Positions 1-8,085 are shown, counted from the first letter of the stretch. The stretch: 64,000 nt of DNA from an uncultured virus (IMG/VR IMGVR_UViG_3300021431_000104) (IMGVR_UViG_3300021431_000104), one strand, 5' to 3'. The notes: a model not told the origin generated them from the sequence alone. Numbers and translations: made by a program.

Positions 1-109
1 TAATTATTTTTGAAAACGTGAAAAAATGTAAATTTTTTTTTTAATTTTGCCCATATATAATTTCCCGCCGATCCACCCCTGCGGAAGTCCGATATCCTAC
101 ATTACCTGT

Positions 110-390
110 ATGGTGGCCCAATGATATAAGGGTATTGGATATTAGAGAGGCCAAGTGTCCTAATTAGCCGCCAATCCTCATGGCCAAAATTATCATCCTA
201 ATATTATCCTTTCATCTTGGGCCAGTTCGCCTAATTAGGTAGAATTATGAAGGCCTAAGTTACGAGGATTAGCCCAGTTCAAATTAAGAGACTAAGGTAA
301 GGCTTGGGGTAAGATTTAGGGTAACTTTGTAGGTTAGGCGGCCTTTAAAGTAAATGGCTAGCTAATGTATATTACTGGTATGGTCACAAT
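110..390. repeat. Non-coding island 1, rich in GGCC palindromes and short motifs
   Basis: GGCC at 115, 149, 182, 220, 252 and 340; no ORF of 60 aa or more; shares GTATTGGAT and CTAAGTTA with 1720-2450. Confidence 0.6.
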
Positions 391-415
391 AAAGCCCAGG
401 TTATTAGCCTGGGCT
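387..415 (-). terminator. Intrinsic terminator after the leftmost early cassette
   Basis: AGCCCAGG-CTAATAA-CCTGGGCT followed by TTATTG on the - strand, just after the stop at 426. Confidence 0.7.
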
Positions 416-425
416 AGAGGGTTAA

Positions 426-773
426 TTATCCCGCATGAAAGATAAGGGTTACCGTCCCGTAGGTTTCGTTGATTATAATATTGAGATCCGGATCTTCCTC
501 GTTTGATAGGATATAGTTTTTAAGGTCAGAGGCAAAGTCTCTTATAAAGTCAGGATCATCTGGGTCAGGATCTGTGATTTCGAAGTGTAAGGTCCATTGA
601 GTAGCATCGTCTATATTGAGGCAACTTACTAGGATTAGCTTTACTCCTGTTGGGATAAGCTCTTTGGAAGGTAAGAGGCAATCTAGGCCAGCTTCGATAG
701 TTTCCTGGTGAATATCGGTGTTAGTGATAACTGGGAATGTAAGATCTCTGAGGTGAATGTTAAATGTTTTCAT
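426..773 (-). CDS. Small acidic early hypothetical protein
   Basis: 115-aa D/E-rich ORF; TATAACAATG leader shared with neighbouring genes. Confidence 0.8.
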   Translation of the reverse strand: MKTFNIHLRDLTFPVITNTDIHQETIEAGLDCLLPSKELIPTGVKLILVSCLNIDDATQWTLHFEITDPDPDDPDFIRDFASDLKNYILSNEEDPDLNIIINETYGTVTLIFHAG

Positions 774-812
774 TGTTATAGGGTTTGTAATTTGATGTAT
801 GATGAATAAGGC

Positions 813-1175
813 TTAGCATGACCAAGCCTTGAGAATATAAAAATCGTAAACAGTTTCTCCCTTGTGAGGATGATTGATTTCGGTGTACCAATGGTTTGGT
901 TCGAGAGGATCTCCGTCGTCCCTAGTAAGAAGGATATTATCGAGGGAATCCTTGATGAGTTTGAGTTGTTTATAGGTGAGAGCCTTGGTTCCCTTGTGAG
1001 TAAAGCAATAGCGGGTATAACCGCAGTCTTTGTCTGGGTATGCAGGGAAGTCTATGATTTCGGTAGGAGTGATAAGTTCCCTGACTGGGGTCATTTCGTT
1101 AGATTCCCAGATAGAATCGAGAGCTTCCATGATAGGAAATTCAGGACCAATTGTTTGAAAGATTTTTGTTTTCAT
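813..1175 (-). CDS. Early hypothetical protein
   Basis: 120-aa ORF; TATAACAATG leader. Confidence 0.8.
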   Translation of the reverse strand: MKTKIFQTIGPEFPIMEALDSIWESNEMTPVRELITPTEIIDFPAYPDKDCGYTRYCFTHKGTKALTYKQLKLIKDSLDNILLTRDDGDPLEPNHWYTEINHPHKGETVYDFYILKAWSC

Positions 1176-1189
1176 TGTTATAGAGTTAT

Positions 1190-1240
1190 TTAAAGTGAGG
1201 GAGTGGTTAGCTCCCTCGTTACCTTGTTTATTAGTTGATT
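1190..1240 (-). repeat. Conserved intergenic stem-loop element, copy 1
   Basis: GAGGGAG-CTAACCA-CTCCCTC with flanks nearly identical to 4668-4717. Confidence 0.8.
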
Positions 1241-1589
1241 AAAATTCGTCGAATGATTTGAGATCGGAGATGATATCGATAGCAGTATGAATATCACCAG
1301 TTGCATCGTCATGAGGAGCAGAAGGATGTTCGCATTGTGCATATCCGATGATCTCCTCGTTAATGGCATTGTTGAGATCTTTTATAAGATCGTAAAGAGC
1401 AAGTCGATTAGGTATTTGGATTTCGATTTGTTCATCGTCATCGTCATATTGATCATCATCGCTGTGATCAATGTAGGTGTATAGAGCTTTGGGATTGTTA
1501 GGAGTGCAATCGCAAGGATCAAAGCAATAAAAGGTTGTAGGATAAGTTCCCTGTTCAGTTGTGAATGATTTGAATTTGTAGTTGTTCAT
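1239..1589 (-). CDS. Strongly acidic early hypothetical protein
   Basis: 116-aa ORF containing DDDDQYDDDDE; first gene after the promoter at 1666-1696. Confidence 0.8.
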   Translation of the reverse strand: MNNYKFKSFTTEQGTYPTTFYCFDPCDCTPNNPKALYTYIDHSDDDQYDDDDEQIEIQIPNRLALYDLIKDLNNAINEEIIGYAQCEHPSAPHDDATGDIHTAIDIISDLKSFDEF

Positions 1590-1665
1590 TGTTGTAAGTG
1601 TTTAAGTTGTTAATGTTGGCAGGTGGGTTGGTCTGCATTATTTATTACCCGATTATTATATAATA

Positions 1666-1696
1666 CAAAGGTACAAAAAATATTTTAAATATCAAA
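1666..1696 (-). promoter_or_regulatory. Bacteroidota sigmaA-type promoter
   Basis: TTTG-N19-TACCTTTG on the - strand, matching the -33/-7 consensus TTTG...TAnnTTTG. Confidence 0.85.
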
Positions 1697-1719
1697 ATTT
1701 TTTATTACTTTTTTATTTA

Positions 1720-2450
1720 ATAGTGAGGCCATCACCAAGGCCTTTATTTAAGGCTTTAGGATCATCCTTTTATCTGCCTTACTTTGGCCAGATAGCTAAT
1801 TATAGCTATACCTGAAGCTAAAAGTGGCCAGATGTCCATTAAAGGTAGTCTTCTAGAGTTTTATTTAAAGTTGGTGCATAGTTTATTGGTTGGTAACTTG
1901 AATATAGGCTAGTATTTTAATTGCCTAATGCCCATGCCTGCACGTAGTCCGCTTAAGGATATTACCTGAATGATTGCCTTTCCTTATATAATATAATAGG
2001 CCTTAAATCCTATGATCCTATGATCCTTGAGGCCTTTTCCCTTTTACTTATTATATATAATATATGCTAATATAAAAGGGGCCACGCAGCCAGGATTAGG
2101 AAATCCTAAAAGGCCATGAGGACTATAAGCTGATAGTAGAGTATGGATGATAGCTAAGTTAGGGTGGGATATAACTAAGTTAGGCCTTACGGAGATTAGG
2201 CTATGTATATACTAAGGCCTTGGGGTTCATAGTAGCCCCTACTGGGATTGGGGATCTAGGATTTTAGGATCTGATCCGAGCACCCCCGGGGATCTTGTGA
2301 TATAGTATTCAGTATTGGATGATAGTATTAGAGTATAGATTATTGGATACGTATACAAAAGGAAAAAGGGAAAGCCTAAAGCCTTATTAGTTATATATGT
2401 TATTATTATATTAGCATATATGATTATATTAAGGCTTTAGGTTAATGTTG
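1720..2450. repeat. Non-coding island 2: GGCC cluster with inverted and direct repeats (possible origin, packaging or injection signal)
   Basis: Ten GGCC in 1727-2219; 16-bp inverted repeat at 2060-2075/2406-2421; CCTAAAGCCTTA/TAAGGCTTTAGG at 2375-2386/2430-2441, the latter also at 1749-1760. Confidence 0.65.
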
Positions 2451-2507
2451 TTTCTTCTTTGTTGTATAAAGAGGTTATGATCTTATGGTAGATATCCTTT
2501 GTAATTG

Positions 2508-2711
2508 TTATTGGTTTTCATTTTTCTTTTGTTTTTGGATAAAGTGGTTGATGTAGTTCATTGCCTTAGCTAGGAAGTAGAGATCGAAATCGCTAGTGAT
2601 ATTTATCTCTGGGTTCTCTACTAAGTCCTTTATCTCTTGGAGATATTCTTTGGCTTGGTTTATTCTTTCAGTTGGTGTCATAGGGTTAGGATGTCTTCTT
2701 TTAAGTTTCAT
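2508..2711 (-). CDS. Hypothetical protein (original start may be 2681)
   Basis: 67-aa ORF, ATGA-coupled to the upstream gene; the first 10 codons derive from a 30-bp duplication. Confidence 0.7.
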   Translation of the reverse strand: MKLKRRHPNPMTPTERINQAKEYLQEIKDLVENPEINITSDFDLYFLAKAMNYINHFIQKQKKNENQ

Positions 2712-2737
2712 AGGGTTGGGATGTCTTCTTTTAAGTT
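2678..2737. repeat. 30-bp tandem duplication at a gene junction
   Basis: TCATAGGGTT(A/G)GGATGTCTTCTTTTAAGTT twice, one mismatch. Confidence 0.9.
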
Positions 2738-3094
2738 ATTTAATAGGTTTTGTAGATCAGGTTCATCGAAGCCTTCATTTAGGAGTTTCTGAAGTGTTTC
2801 AGATATTTCCTGTTGAGCACCTTGTAAGATCCGTTGTTTACGTTCTTCCGCAGGTGATAGGAACATCTTTTCGAAGTTTTCCTTAGAGATAAACTGTTGC
2901 TCCCTCTCGGATAGATCTTGATATTTAGTAATATCCTCCATAGAGTATCCTAGATATTTGATTAGGATATATAATTCTTTTGGGTAGGATTCCGGAGTGA
3001 ACGGTTTGGTATTTTTATCTTTGTAGGATAATGATAGCCAATTGAGTACGTGTTGATTGAGGCAATTTAATATGTAGGATTCTTTGACTTTCAT
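2708..3094 (-). CDS. Hypothetical protein
   Basis: 128-aa ORF within the operon. Confidence 0.75.
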   Translation of the reverse strand: MKVKESYILNCLNQHVLNWLSLSYKDKNTKPFTPESYPKELYILIKYLGYSMEDITKYQDLSEREQQFISKENFEKMFLSPAEERKQRILQGAQQEISETLQKLLNEGFDEPDLQNLLNNLKEDIPTL

Positions 3095-3143
3095 GATGTT
3101 ATAGGTTTGTGATAGTTATAATATTTGTGTAACGGTTTTTTGG

Positions 3144-3404
3144 CTATACTTTAGTACCCTTTTTCGACTGTGTTTTTAAGGAGATATCTTCGTGAAGACC
3201 ATCTTCAGCTGAGATATATAGTTCGATGGAGATATTTCCTTGATCTGGGTTTAGTAGGGCACATTGTACATAGTTTGCCAAATCAAATTGATTGCTGTTC
3301 ATTATTAACTTCAGATCATGAGGATCTAGGTTTTGTGACTTAGCCAGGTCTATGAGATCCTGGAGAGTAATTGGGAATGTTTTGTCGATGTACTTTGCTT
3401 TCAT
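3144..3404 (-). CDS. Hypothetical protein
   Basis: 86-aa ORF within the operon. Confidence 0.7.
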   Translation of the reverse strand: MKAKYIDKTFPITLQDLIDLAKSQNLDPHDLKLIMNSNQFDLANYVQCALLNPDQGNISIELYISAEDGLHEDISLKTQSKKGTKV

Positions 3405-3408
3405 AATG

Positions 3409-3603
3409 TTAAATGTTTTCTAATGTGATGTTATTTCGTTTTGCGTAGCGTAGGGCATTGCCCCTTCTGAAGTACTGAGGAGATATCTGTTGCCAGAAAT
3501 TATTTACTCGTTGGTATATAGCCCAGGGTGTAGTACTGGAGGTTTGTCTTAGGAGTTTGTAGCTTCCAAGTTTACCTTTAGCTTGTAGAGGAAATATGTT
3601 CAT
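3409..3603 (-). CDS. Small basic hypothetical protein
   Basis: 64-aa ORF; QISPQY motif resembles the C-terminus of the adjacent gene. Confidence 0.7.
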   Translation of the reverse strand: MNIFPLQAKGKLGSYKLLRQTSSTTPWAIYQRVNNFWQQISPQYFRRGNALRYAKRNNITLENI

Positions 3604-3644
3604 GGTTCAATAACTGTAAATACATGGTTCAATAACTGTATATA
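3601..3644. repeat. 22-bp tandem duplication at a gene junction
   Basis: CATGGTTCAATAACTGTA(A/T)ATA twice. Confidence 0.9.
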
Positions 3645-4158
3645 ACGTTCGTAAATAACGTGGAATTGGGAGTTGATACCTAATAGCGAAGTTAACAGCA
3701 CTCTTATGGTGAACATACTTGGGAGATATCTGTACAGGATCTTGGCCTTTTATCTGATAAGCAACATAGTAGTAGTTGGGTTTACTAGTAAATTGTGTAT
3801 AAACGATATAGTATTCCAAGATATGGGCTGTGTCTAGAGCACTTATAAGAGTTTGTAGGAATTTCCATTTTTCCATTTCTGTCATGCGTTCTGGACCTCG
3901 GCTTAGTAAACCTGGTCTCATATTACCCGTTCGAATGAAGTCTTCCAAGTATTGCTCTTTAGTAACTTTGCAAACGATGTAGGTAGTAGAAAGCATGAGC
4001 TTATCATCATTACCGAGGTATATAGCATCAACCAAGTAATTTGGAGTTTCCAGGCTTTGGTCAAATTGATGGAAATACTTTTGCTTAGAGCCCTCCTTGT
4101 TTAGGTTAGGGTGGCTCTTAAGCAAAGTCTTTATGAGTTCAAAGAGTTTCTTATTCAT
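3607..4158 (-). CDS. Hypothetical protein
   Basis: 183-aa ORF. Confidence 0.75.
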   Translation of the reverse strand: MNKKLFELIKTLLKSHPNLNKEGSKQKYFHQFDQSLETPNYLVDAIYLGNDDKLMLSTTYIVCKVTKEQYLEDFIRTGNMRPGLLSRGPERMTEMEKWKFLQTLISALDTAHILEYYIVYTQFTSKPNYYYVAYQIKGQDPVQISPKYVHHKSAVNFAIRYQLPIPRYLRTLYTVIEPCIYSY

Positions 4159-4280
4159 AGGTTATTGTATAAGAAGGATAGTGTGAAAAATAAGATAGTA
4201 GCTATGACGAATACTGCAGCTACAAATATGATACTGCCAAGTATAGCCTGTAATATTATTATGTTTTTAAGTCTAAGCAT
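4155..4280 (-). CDS. 41-aa single-pass membrane peptide (not in the ORF track)
   Basis: MLRLKNIIILQAILGSIIFVAAVFVIATILFFTLSFLYNNL; fills the gap and has an ATGA overlap with the 4158 start. Confidence 0.65.
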   Translation of the reverse strand: MLRLKNIIILQAILGSIIFVAAVFVIATILFFTLSFLYNNL

Positions 4281-4293
4281 ATTTGTTTGTTGT

Positions 4294-4653
4294 TTATATG
4301 ATATAGAAATGATAGTGAAAGACTATCTTAGGTAACTTAGTTTCCCAGTATTCCTTGTAAGGGAAGTTCTTGATCTCTAAGATTTGATCATTTTCAAGTA
4401 AGTCCCAAGTTTTCTTGTCCTTGTTTATAATGATAGCGATGTTCTCTGAGCTTTCCCAGACATCGGCTAGAGCTTCGAAAGCAATATAGTCAAAATCGAA
4501 TTCATCGTTGTCAAATTCGTAAGTGGTTAAGTCTATCCCGTTGAGAGCTGCCTGTATTAGGATATGAGATAGGATAGTGGATAACTCTTGACGAGTAGCA
4601 AGATTGTTACTAGTTAATGTAAGTGGAGTAGAGTAATTAACTTTCGTTTTCAT
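4294..4653 (-). CDS. Acidic early hypothetical protein
   Basis: 119-aa ORF; AAACAACAATG leader. Confidence 0.8.
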   Translation of the reverse strand: MKTKVNYSTPLTLTSNNLATRQELSTILSHILIQAALNGIDLTTYEFDNDEFDFDYIAFEALADVWESSENIAIIINKDKKTWDLLENDQILEIKNFPYKEYWETKLPKIVFHYHFYII

Positions 4654-4667
4654 TGTTGTTTAATTGT

Positions 4668-4717
4668 TTAAAGGGAGGGATGGTTAGTCCCTCCGTTACC
4701 TTTGTTATTAGTTGATT
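4668..4717 (-). repeat. Conserved intergenic stem-loop element, copy 2
   Basis: GGAGGGA-CTAACCA-TCCCTCC; compensatory stem changes relative to copy 1. Confidence 0.8.
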
Positions 4718-5058
4718 GCAAGGTTGATTTCCATTGTATTTTCATCGTATGATGCGATGAAAGTATGATATGTGTAATCGTCTTGATCCTCAGCATCCTG
4801 ATTCTCCCATTCATCGAGGGTAAGTATTTGGATAAGGTTTGAGTCTTGCTCCAAGTAAATATAGAAGCCATCTAGGATAGTTCCATCTTCGAGTAATGAG
4901 AGAAGTTCCTCGTCTAGTTCGTCCCACCCGAGAGGTTCATCGTTTAATGTGAGTTGATCGGGTTTAGCTCCTGAGAAAGCCAGAAGGTTTAATACCAAGT
5001 TGGTTAACTGTGAATGGTTTGCAATTGAAACCGGGTAAGATACATTGGTTGTGTTCAT
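4708..5058 (-). CDS. Very acidic early hypothetical protein
   Basis: 116-aa D/E-rich ORF with almost no K/R; first gene after the promoter. Confidence 0.8.
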   Translation of the reverse strand: MNTTNVSYPVSIANHSQLTNLVLNLLAFSGAKPDQLTLNDEPLGWDELDEELLSLLEDGTILDGFYIYLEQDSNLIQILTLDEWENQDAEDQDDYTYHTFIASYDENTMEINLAIN

Positions 5059-5117
5059 TGTTGTTAATGTTTGTTGGTTGGTTAATACTTATTTATACAT
5101 ATATAAAATATGTAATA

Positions 5118-5148
5118 CAAAGATACAAAAAATATTTTAAATATCAAA
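5118..5148 (-). promoter_or_regulatory. Bacteroidota sigmaA-type promoter
   Basis: TTTG-N19-TATCTTTG; near-identical to 1666-1696. Confidence 0.85.
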
Positions 5149-5219
5149 ATTTTTATGTAGAATTTTATTTAAAACTATGGTTATGGACATAGGTAGGTTC
5201 GACTGTTAGAGTGTTAAAG

Positions 5220-5255
5220 TAAAAGTGCCCCCGACTTTCACAAGCAGGAGGCACT
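5220..5255 (-). terminator. Intrinsic terminator with a GTGA tetraloop
   Basis: GTGCCTCCTGCTT-GTGA-AAGTCGGGGGCAC followed by TTTTT. Confidence 0.75.
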
Positions 5256-5316
5256 GAATTACTAAACAGAAACAATTAAACACGTACATTGTCCACTTAC
5301 TAATATTACTGGTATG

Positions 5317-5616
5317 TTATTTTCCAACCATATCAGAGAAAAATAGTGGTTCTGGGGTAGTAAACTTGGCGGGTTTTATAATACCAAGAGGCAAATTACT
5401 TAATAGGCTTAATCTTGATTTCAAGATAGCTTGACGACAAGAGCCTATAGTTTTGATAACCCTATCTGGGTTTTCTTTTGAGACCTCTAAAGCTTCTTCT
5501 AGATAGTCTTTTACTTGGTTTAACTCCTCGATAAATCTTGGTATCTGGGATAAAGCCAACTTGGCTTTCTTTTGGTTTTCAGCATTAAGCTTAGCATCTA
5601 GTTCTGATATTTTCAT
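5317..5616 (-). CDS. Hypothetical coiled-coil protein
   Basis: 99-aa ORF. Confidence 0.7.
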   Translation of the reverse strand: MKISELDAKLNAENQKKAKLALSQIPRFIEELNQVKDYLEEALEVSKENPDRVIKTIGSCRQAILKSRLSLLSNLPLGIIKPAKFTTPEPLFFSDMVGK

Positions 5617-5935
5617 AATGTATGGTATTATTGGTTTCTCTTTTGATTAAAGCTTTTAGTTTGTCCCTTAGTTCATATAGGGGTTTATAAGACTGAGGTT
5701 TAGTTGGGCCGTCCATCCATTTCAAGAATTCGTGTACGGATAAAGCTAGTTTATCTCCATCTGGAGTTACTACTCCAATATATACTTGATTCTCTAGCCA
5801 ATGTATATGGCACTCATAGATATGCCCTTTTACAATGTTATCTACTGAGGTTATTTTGATAGGGGAGACTATGTTAATTCTCCCGCTATTAATATGGTCA
5901 TAAAGGTAATTATAAATCTGATGTCCTATTCGCAT
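5591..5935 (-). CDS. Hypothetical protein
   Basis: 114-aa ORF. Confidence 0.7.
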   Translation of the reverse strand: MRIGHQIYNYLYDHINSGRINIVSPIKITSVDNIVKGHIYECHIHWLENQVYIGVVTPDGDKLALSVHEFLKWMDGPTKPQSYKPLYELRDKLKALIKRETNNTIHYENIRTRC

Positions 5936-5954
5936 ATTACAAGGTGTTTTTAAG

Positions 5955-6269
5955 TTATACTGTAAAGATATTATCGGGATAAGAAGGTTTTGGATCCGAC
6001 TTAGGCCCTGGAACTATAAGTCCCTCTTCTACTAGATGGTTGTATCTTTTCTCTATCCATTGAGAGCATATATTAAGCTCTTCAGGATTTCTGGAGAAGT
6101 AATCTTGGAAGAAAGGTTCTATCCATTCTTTGATGTCATTCTCGAAACCTATAATACCGTTGTATTTCAAGGCTTCTACGAAGAGTGAATAACTATCCAT
6201 AGATACTGCTTCGTACCTGGATATAGCTCCTTTTTCCATAAGATAGTCGATAAGTTCTGATCTGTCCAT
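5955..6269 (-). CDS. Hypothetical protein
   Basis: 104-aa ORF. Confidence 0.75.
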   Translation of the reverse strand: MDRSELIDYLMEKGAISRYEAVSMDSYSLFVEALKYNGIIGFENDIKEWIEPFFQDYFSRNPEELNICSQWIEKRYNHLVEEGLIVPGPKSDPKPSYPDNIFTV

Positions 6270-6298
6270 AGTTTTAACAATTTTTAAGTGATTAATAA

Positions 6299-6646
6299 TT
6301 AAAGTTCTCCGTTGTTATGATAAATAACTGTAATGGTTGAGTCGTTATAGTGGATAGTAAGAGTTTCCAAATCATTGTAGATAGTTATGTGATTATTTTC
6401 CTGGAAAGCCTTACAGATATCCGAGTCAAGAGTTACTGCATGTATAATAGCTCGACCAAGTTGTTCGAGGTCTACTTCATCCGTTTTGAAAGACCAAGTA
6501 TCTACTATGATACAGGATTCATCTGGAAATGATTGTAAATTAGAGCTAATTAGCTCTAATCGTATATCCGAACTAAAGAAGTGCTTTTGGTAAAAGAAAG
6601 CTTTGTTTAGGTCTAAACCTGGAAATTTAATTGAATGATGTGTCAT
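6299..6646 (-). CDS. Acidic early hypothetical protein
   Basis: 115-aa ORF. Confidence 0.75.
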   Translation of the reverse strand: MTHHSIKFPGLDLNKAFFYQKHFFSSDIRLELISSNLQSFPDESCIIVDTWSFKTDEVDLEQLGRAIIHAVTLDSDICKAFQENNHITIYNDLETLTIHYNDSTITVIYHNNGEL

Positions 6647-6681
6647 AACTTAAAGGTGTTTTATAGTGTTAATAATGTTAT

Positions 6682-7086
6682 TTAGCCCATGACTATGTCT
6701 AGAGTAAAGTATTTGCAGATCTCTTTACCGTCTTCGTTTTTGATAATAAATGGCATACTGAATGAAGCCATGTCCAGGTCACCTTCAAGGTTACCGTTAT
6801 CACTGTATTCGTTTAGCATTTGTTCATGTGAATAGAAGCAATCGTCAAAACTGAAAGCATTTTGGTCATCGTTGAAATATATAGAAGCATAAAAGATGTT
6901 GTCTTGGATTCTTTTTTCGATAGCTTCGTGTATTTTATTAAGAGTTTGGAGAAAGTCTGCAGGCTTATTGTCATCGTCTACATCGGTATGAGCCTGAGGA
7001 ATGAAGCCTCTAGATACTGCATAGTTAGTTGCTTGCACCAGCATAAGGGTGATTGTGTTTGATTTGTGAAATTCGTTGTTGTTCAT
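6682..7086 (-). CDS. Acidic early hypothetical protein
   Basis: 134-aa ORF; ACAACAACAATG leader; first gene after the promoter. Confidence 0.8.
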   Translation of the reverse strand: MNNNEFHKSNTITLMLVQATNYAVSRGFIPQAHTDVDDDNKPADFLQTLNKIHEAIEKRIQDNIFYASIYFNDDQNAFSFDDCFYSHEQMLNEYSDNGNLEGDLDMASFSMPFIIKNEDGKEICKYFTLDIVMG

Positions 7087-7136
7087 TGTTGTTGTTTAGT
7101 GGTTTATAATTTTACTACATATAAAAATATATAATG

Positions 7137-7167
7137 CAAAGGTAATAAAATTATTTTAAATAACAAA
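7137..7167 (-). promoter_or_regulatory. Bacteroidota sigmaA-type promoter
   Basis: TTTG-N19-TACCTTTG. Confidence 0.85.
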
Positions 7168-7271
7168 ATATTTTGCATAAAATTTTATGCAAAAGTGGGG
7201 TTTAGGTATGCGTTCTAGTAATCTTATGCTTAGTTTATATAACTAGTTAGAAGAAGTAAAGTAATTTACTA

Positions 7272-7305
7272 GAAAGTGCCTCCTACTTTCACAAGCAAGA
7301 AGCAC
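7272..7305 (-). terminator. Intrinsic terminator with a GTGA tetraloop, related to 5220-5255
   Basis: GGTGCTTCTTGCTT-GTGA-AAGTAGGAGGCACT followed by TTCT. Confidence 0.7.
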
Positions 7306-7386
7306 CAACATCTGTTTGAAAAAAATAAAATTATGAAACCTGAACTTGATGTGTTCATGTTGAGGTAAAAAGATAAATCTATATAG

Positions 7387-7623
7387 TTATTCTAGATCTT
7401 TTGAGTCTTTGAATAACTTGTCCCAACAAGGAGGACATATACCTGAGATGAGTATTTCTCTTTCTTCGGGAGTTAGTGTAGGCATAGCTTTACCTATCTT
7501 CTCTCCCTTTATCCAGGAAAGGAACTCTAATTCCCTTACTTTAACGGTTTGTACCTTTTTACAGTAAGGACAAGTTCTCTTGATAGTTAGTATCTTTGGT
7601 ATTATATTCTTTTTTCCTACCAT
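7387..7623 (-). CDS. Small Zn-finger protein
   Basis: CPYC...CPPC; LTPEEREILISGIC motif. Confidence 0.75.
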   Translation of the reverse strand: MVGKKNIIPKILTIKRTCPYCKKVQTVKVRELEFLSWIKGEKIGKAMPTLTPEEREILISGICPPCWDKLFKDSKDLE

Positions 7624-7649
7624 ACGCTCTCGTAGTCCGCTTATTGATA

Positions 7650-8036
7650 TTACTTGTCTCTTAGTGACTGCAGGACAATAGCCCTTTTATCTTCTGGTAA
7701 AGAAGCTAATATGTTGTTGATATCAGCCTTGGCTTTGTTGGTATCTGCATCCTCAAGAAAGGCAATAAATTTGTCCTTGTCAAGTTCAATGGGTCTTAGG
7801 AAGGAGATCTTAGAATTAGCTAATTTCATCTGAGCTAAGTACTTCTGTAACAAAGTTTGGCTTGCTCCAGTATAAATGTCTTCAAATTTCCATGAATCGT
7901 CCCTTAAAAGGTCTGGATTAACGTCAACCCTGATATCCCTGTTGAAGGCTATTTCTGGGTTTTCTATTCTAAGTAAGCATTCTACCTTCTGATTTTTAGG
8001 TGAAGTGATTTCTACGGTAGTTGTGTTTGTGTTCAT
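7650..8036 (-). CDS. Early hypothetical protein
   Basis: 128-aa ORF after the promoter. Confidence 0.8.
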   Translation of the reverse strand: MNTNTTTVEITSPKNQKVECLLRIENPEIAFNRDIRVDVNPDLLRDDSWKFEDIYTGASQTLLQKYLAQMKLANSKISFLRPIELDKDKFIAFLEDADTNKAKADINNILASLPEDKRAIVLQSLRDK

Positions 8037-8085
8037 TGTTGTTTTGGTTTTGGTTTAACTTAATATCTTTAATTTTTATACTTTA

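Noticed and set aside
9..49. + strand promoter at the window start (TAATTTTG at 42-49)
   Set aside because: The nearest TTTG is 29 nt upstream rather than 19-21, and no + strand gene follows.
1720..2450. tRNA genes in the non-coding islands
   Set aside because: No cloverleaf or TTCGA T-loop signature was found by eye.
426..6646. Paralogy between ORFs 426-773 and 6299-6646
   Set aside because: They have equal length and faintly similar segments, but the match is too weak to support without profile alignment.
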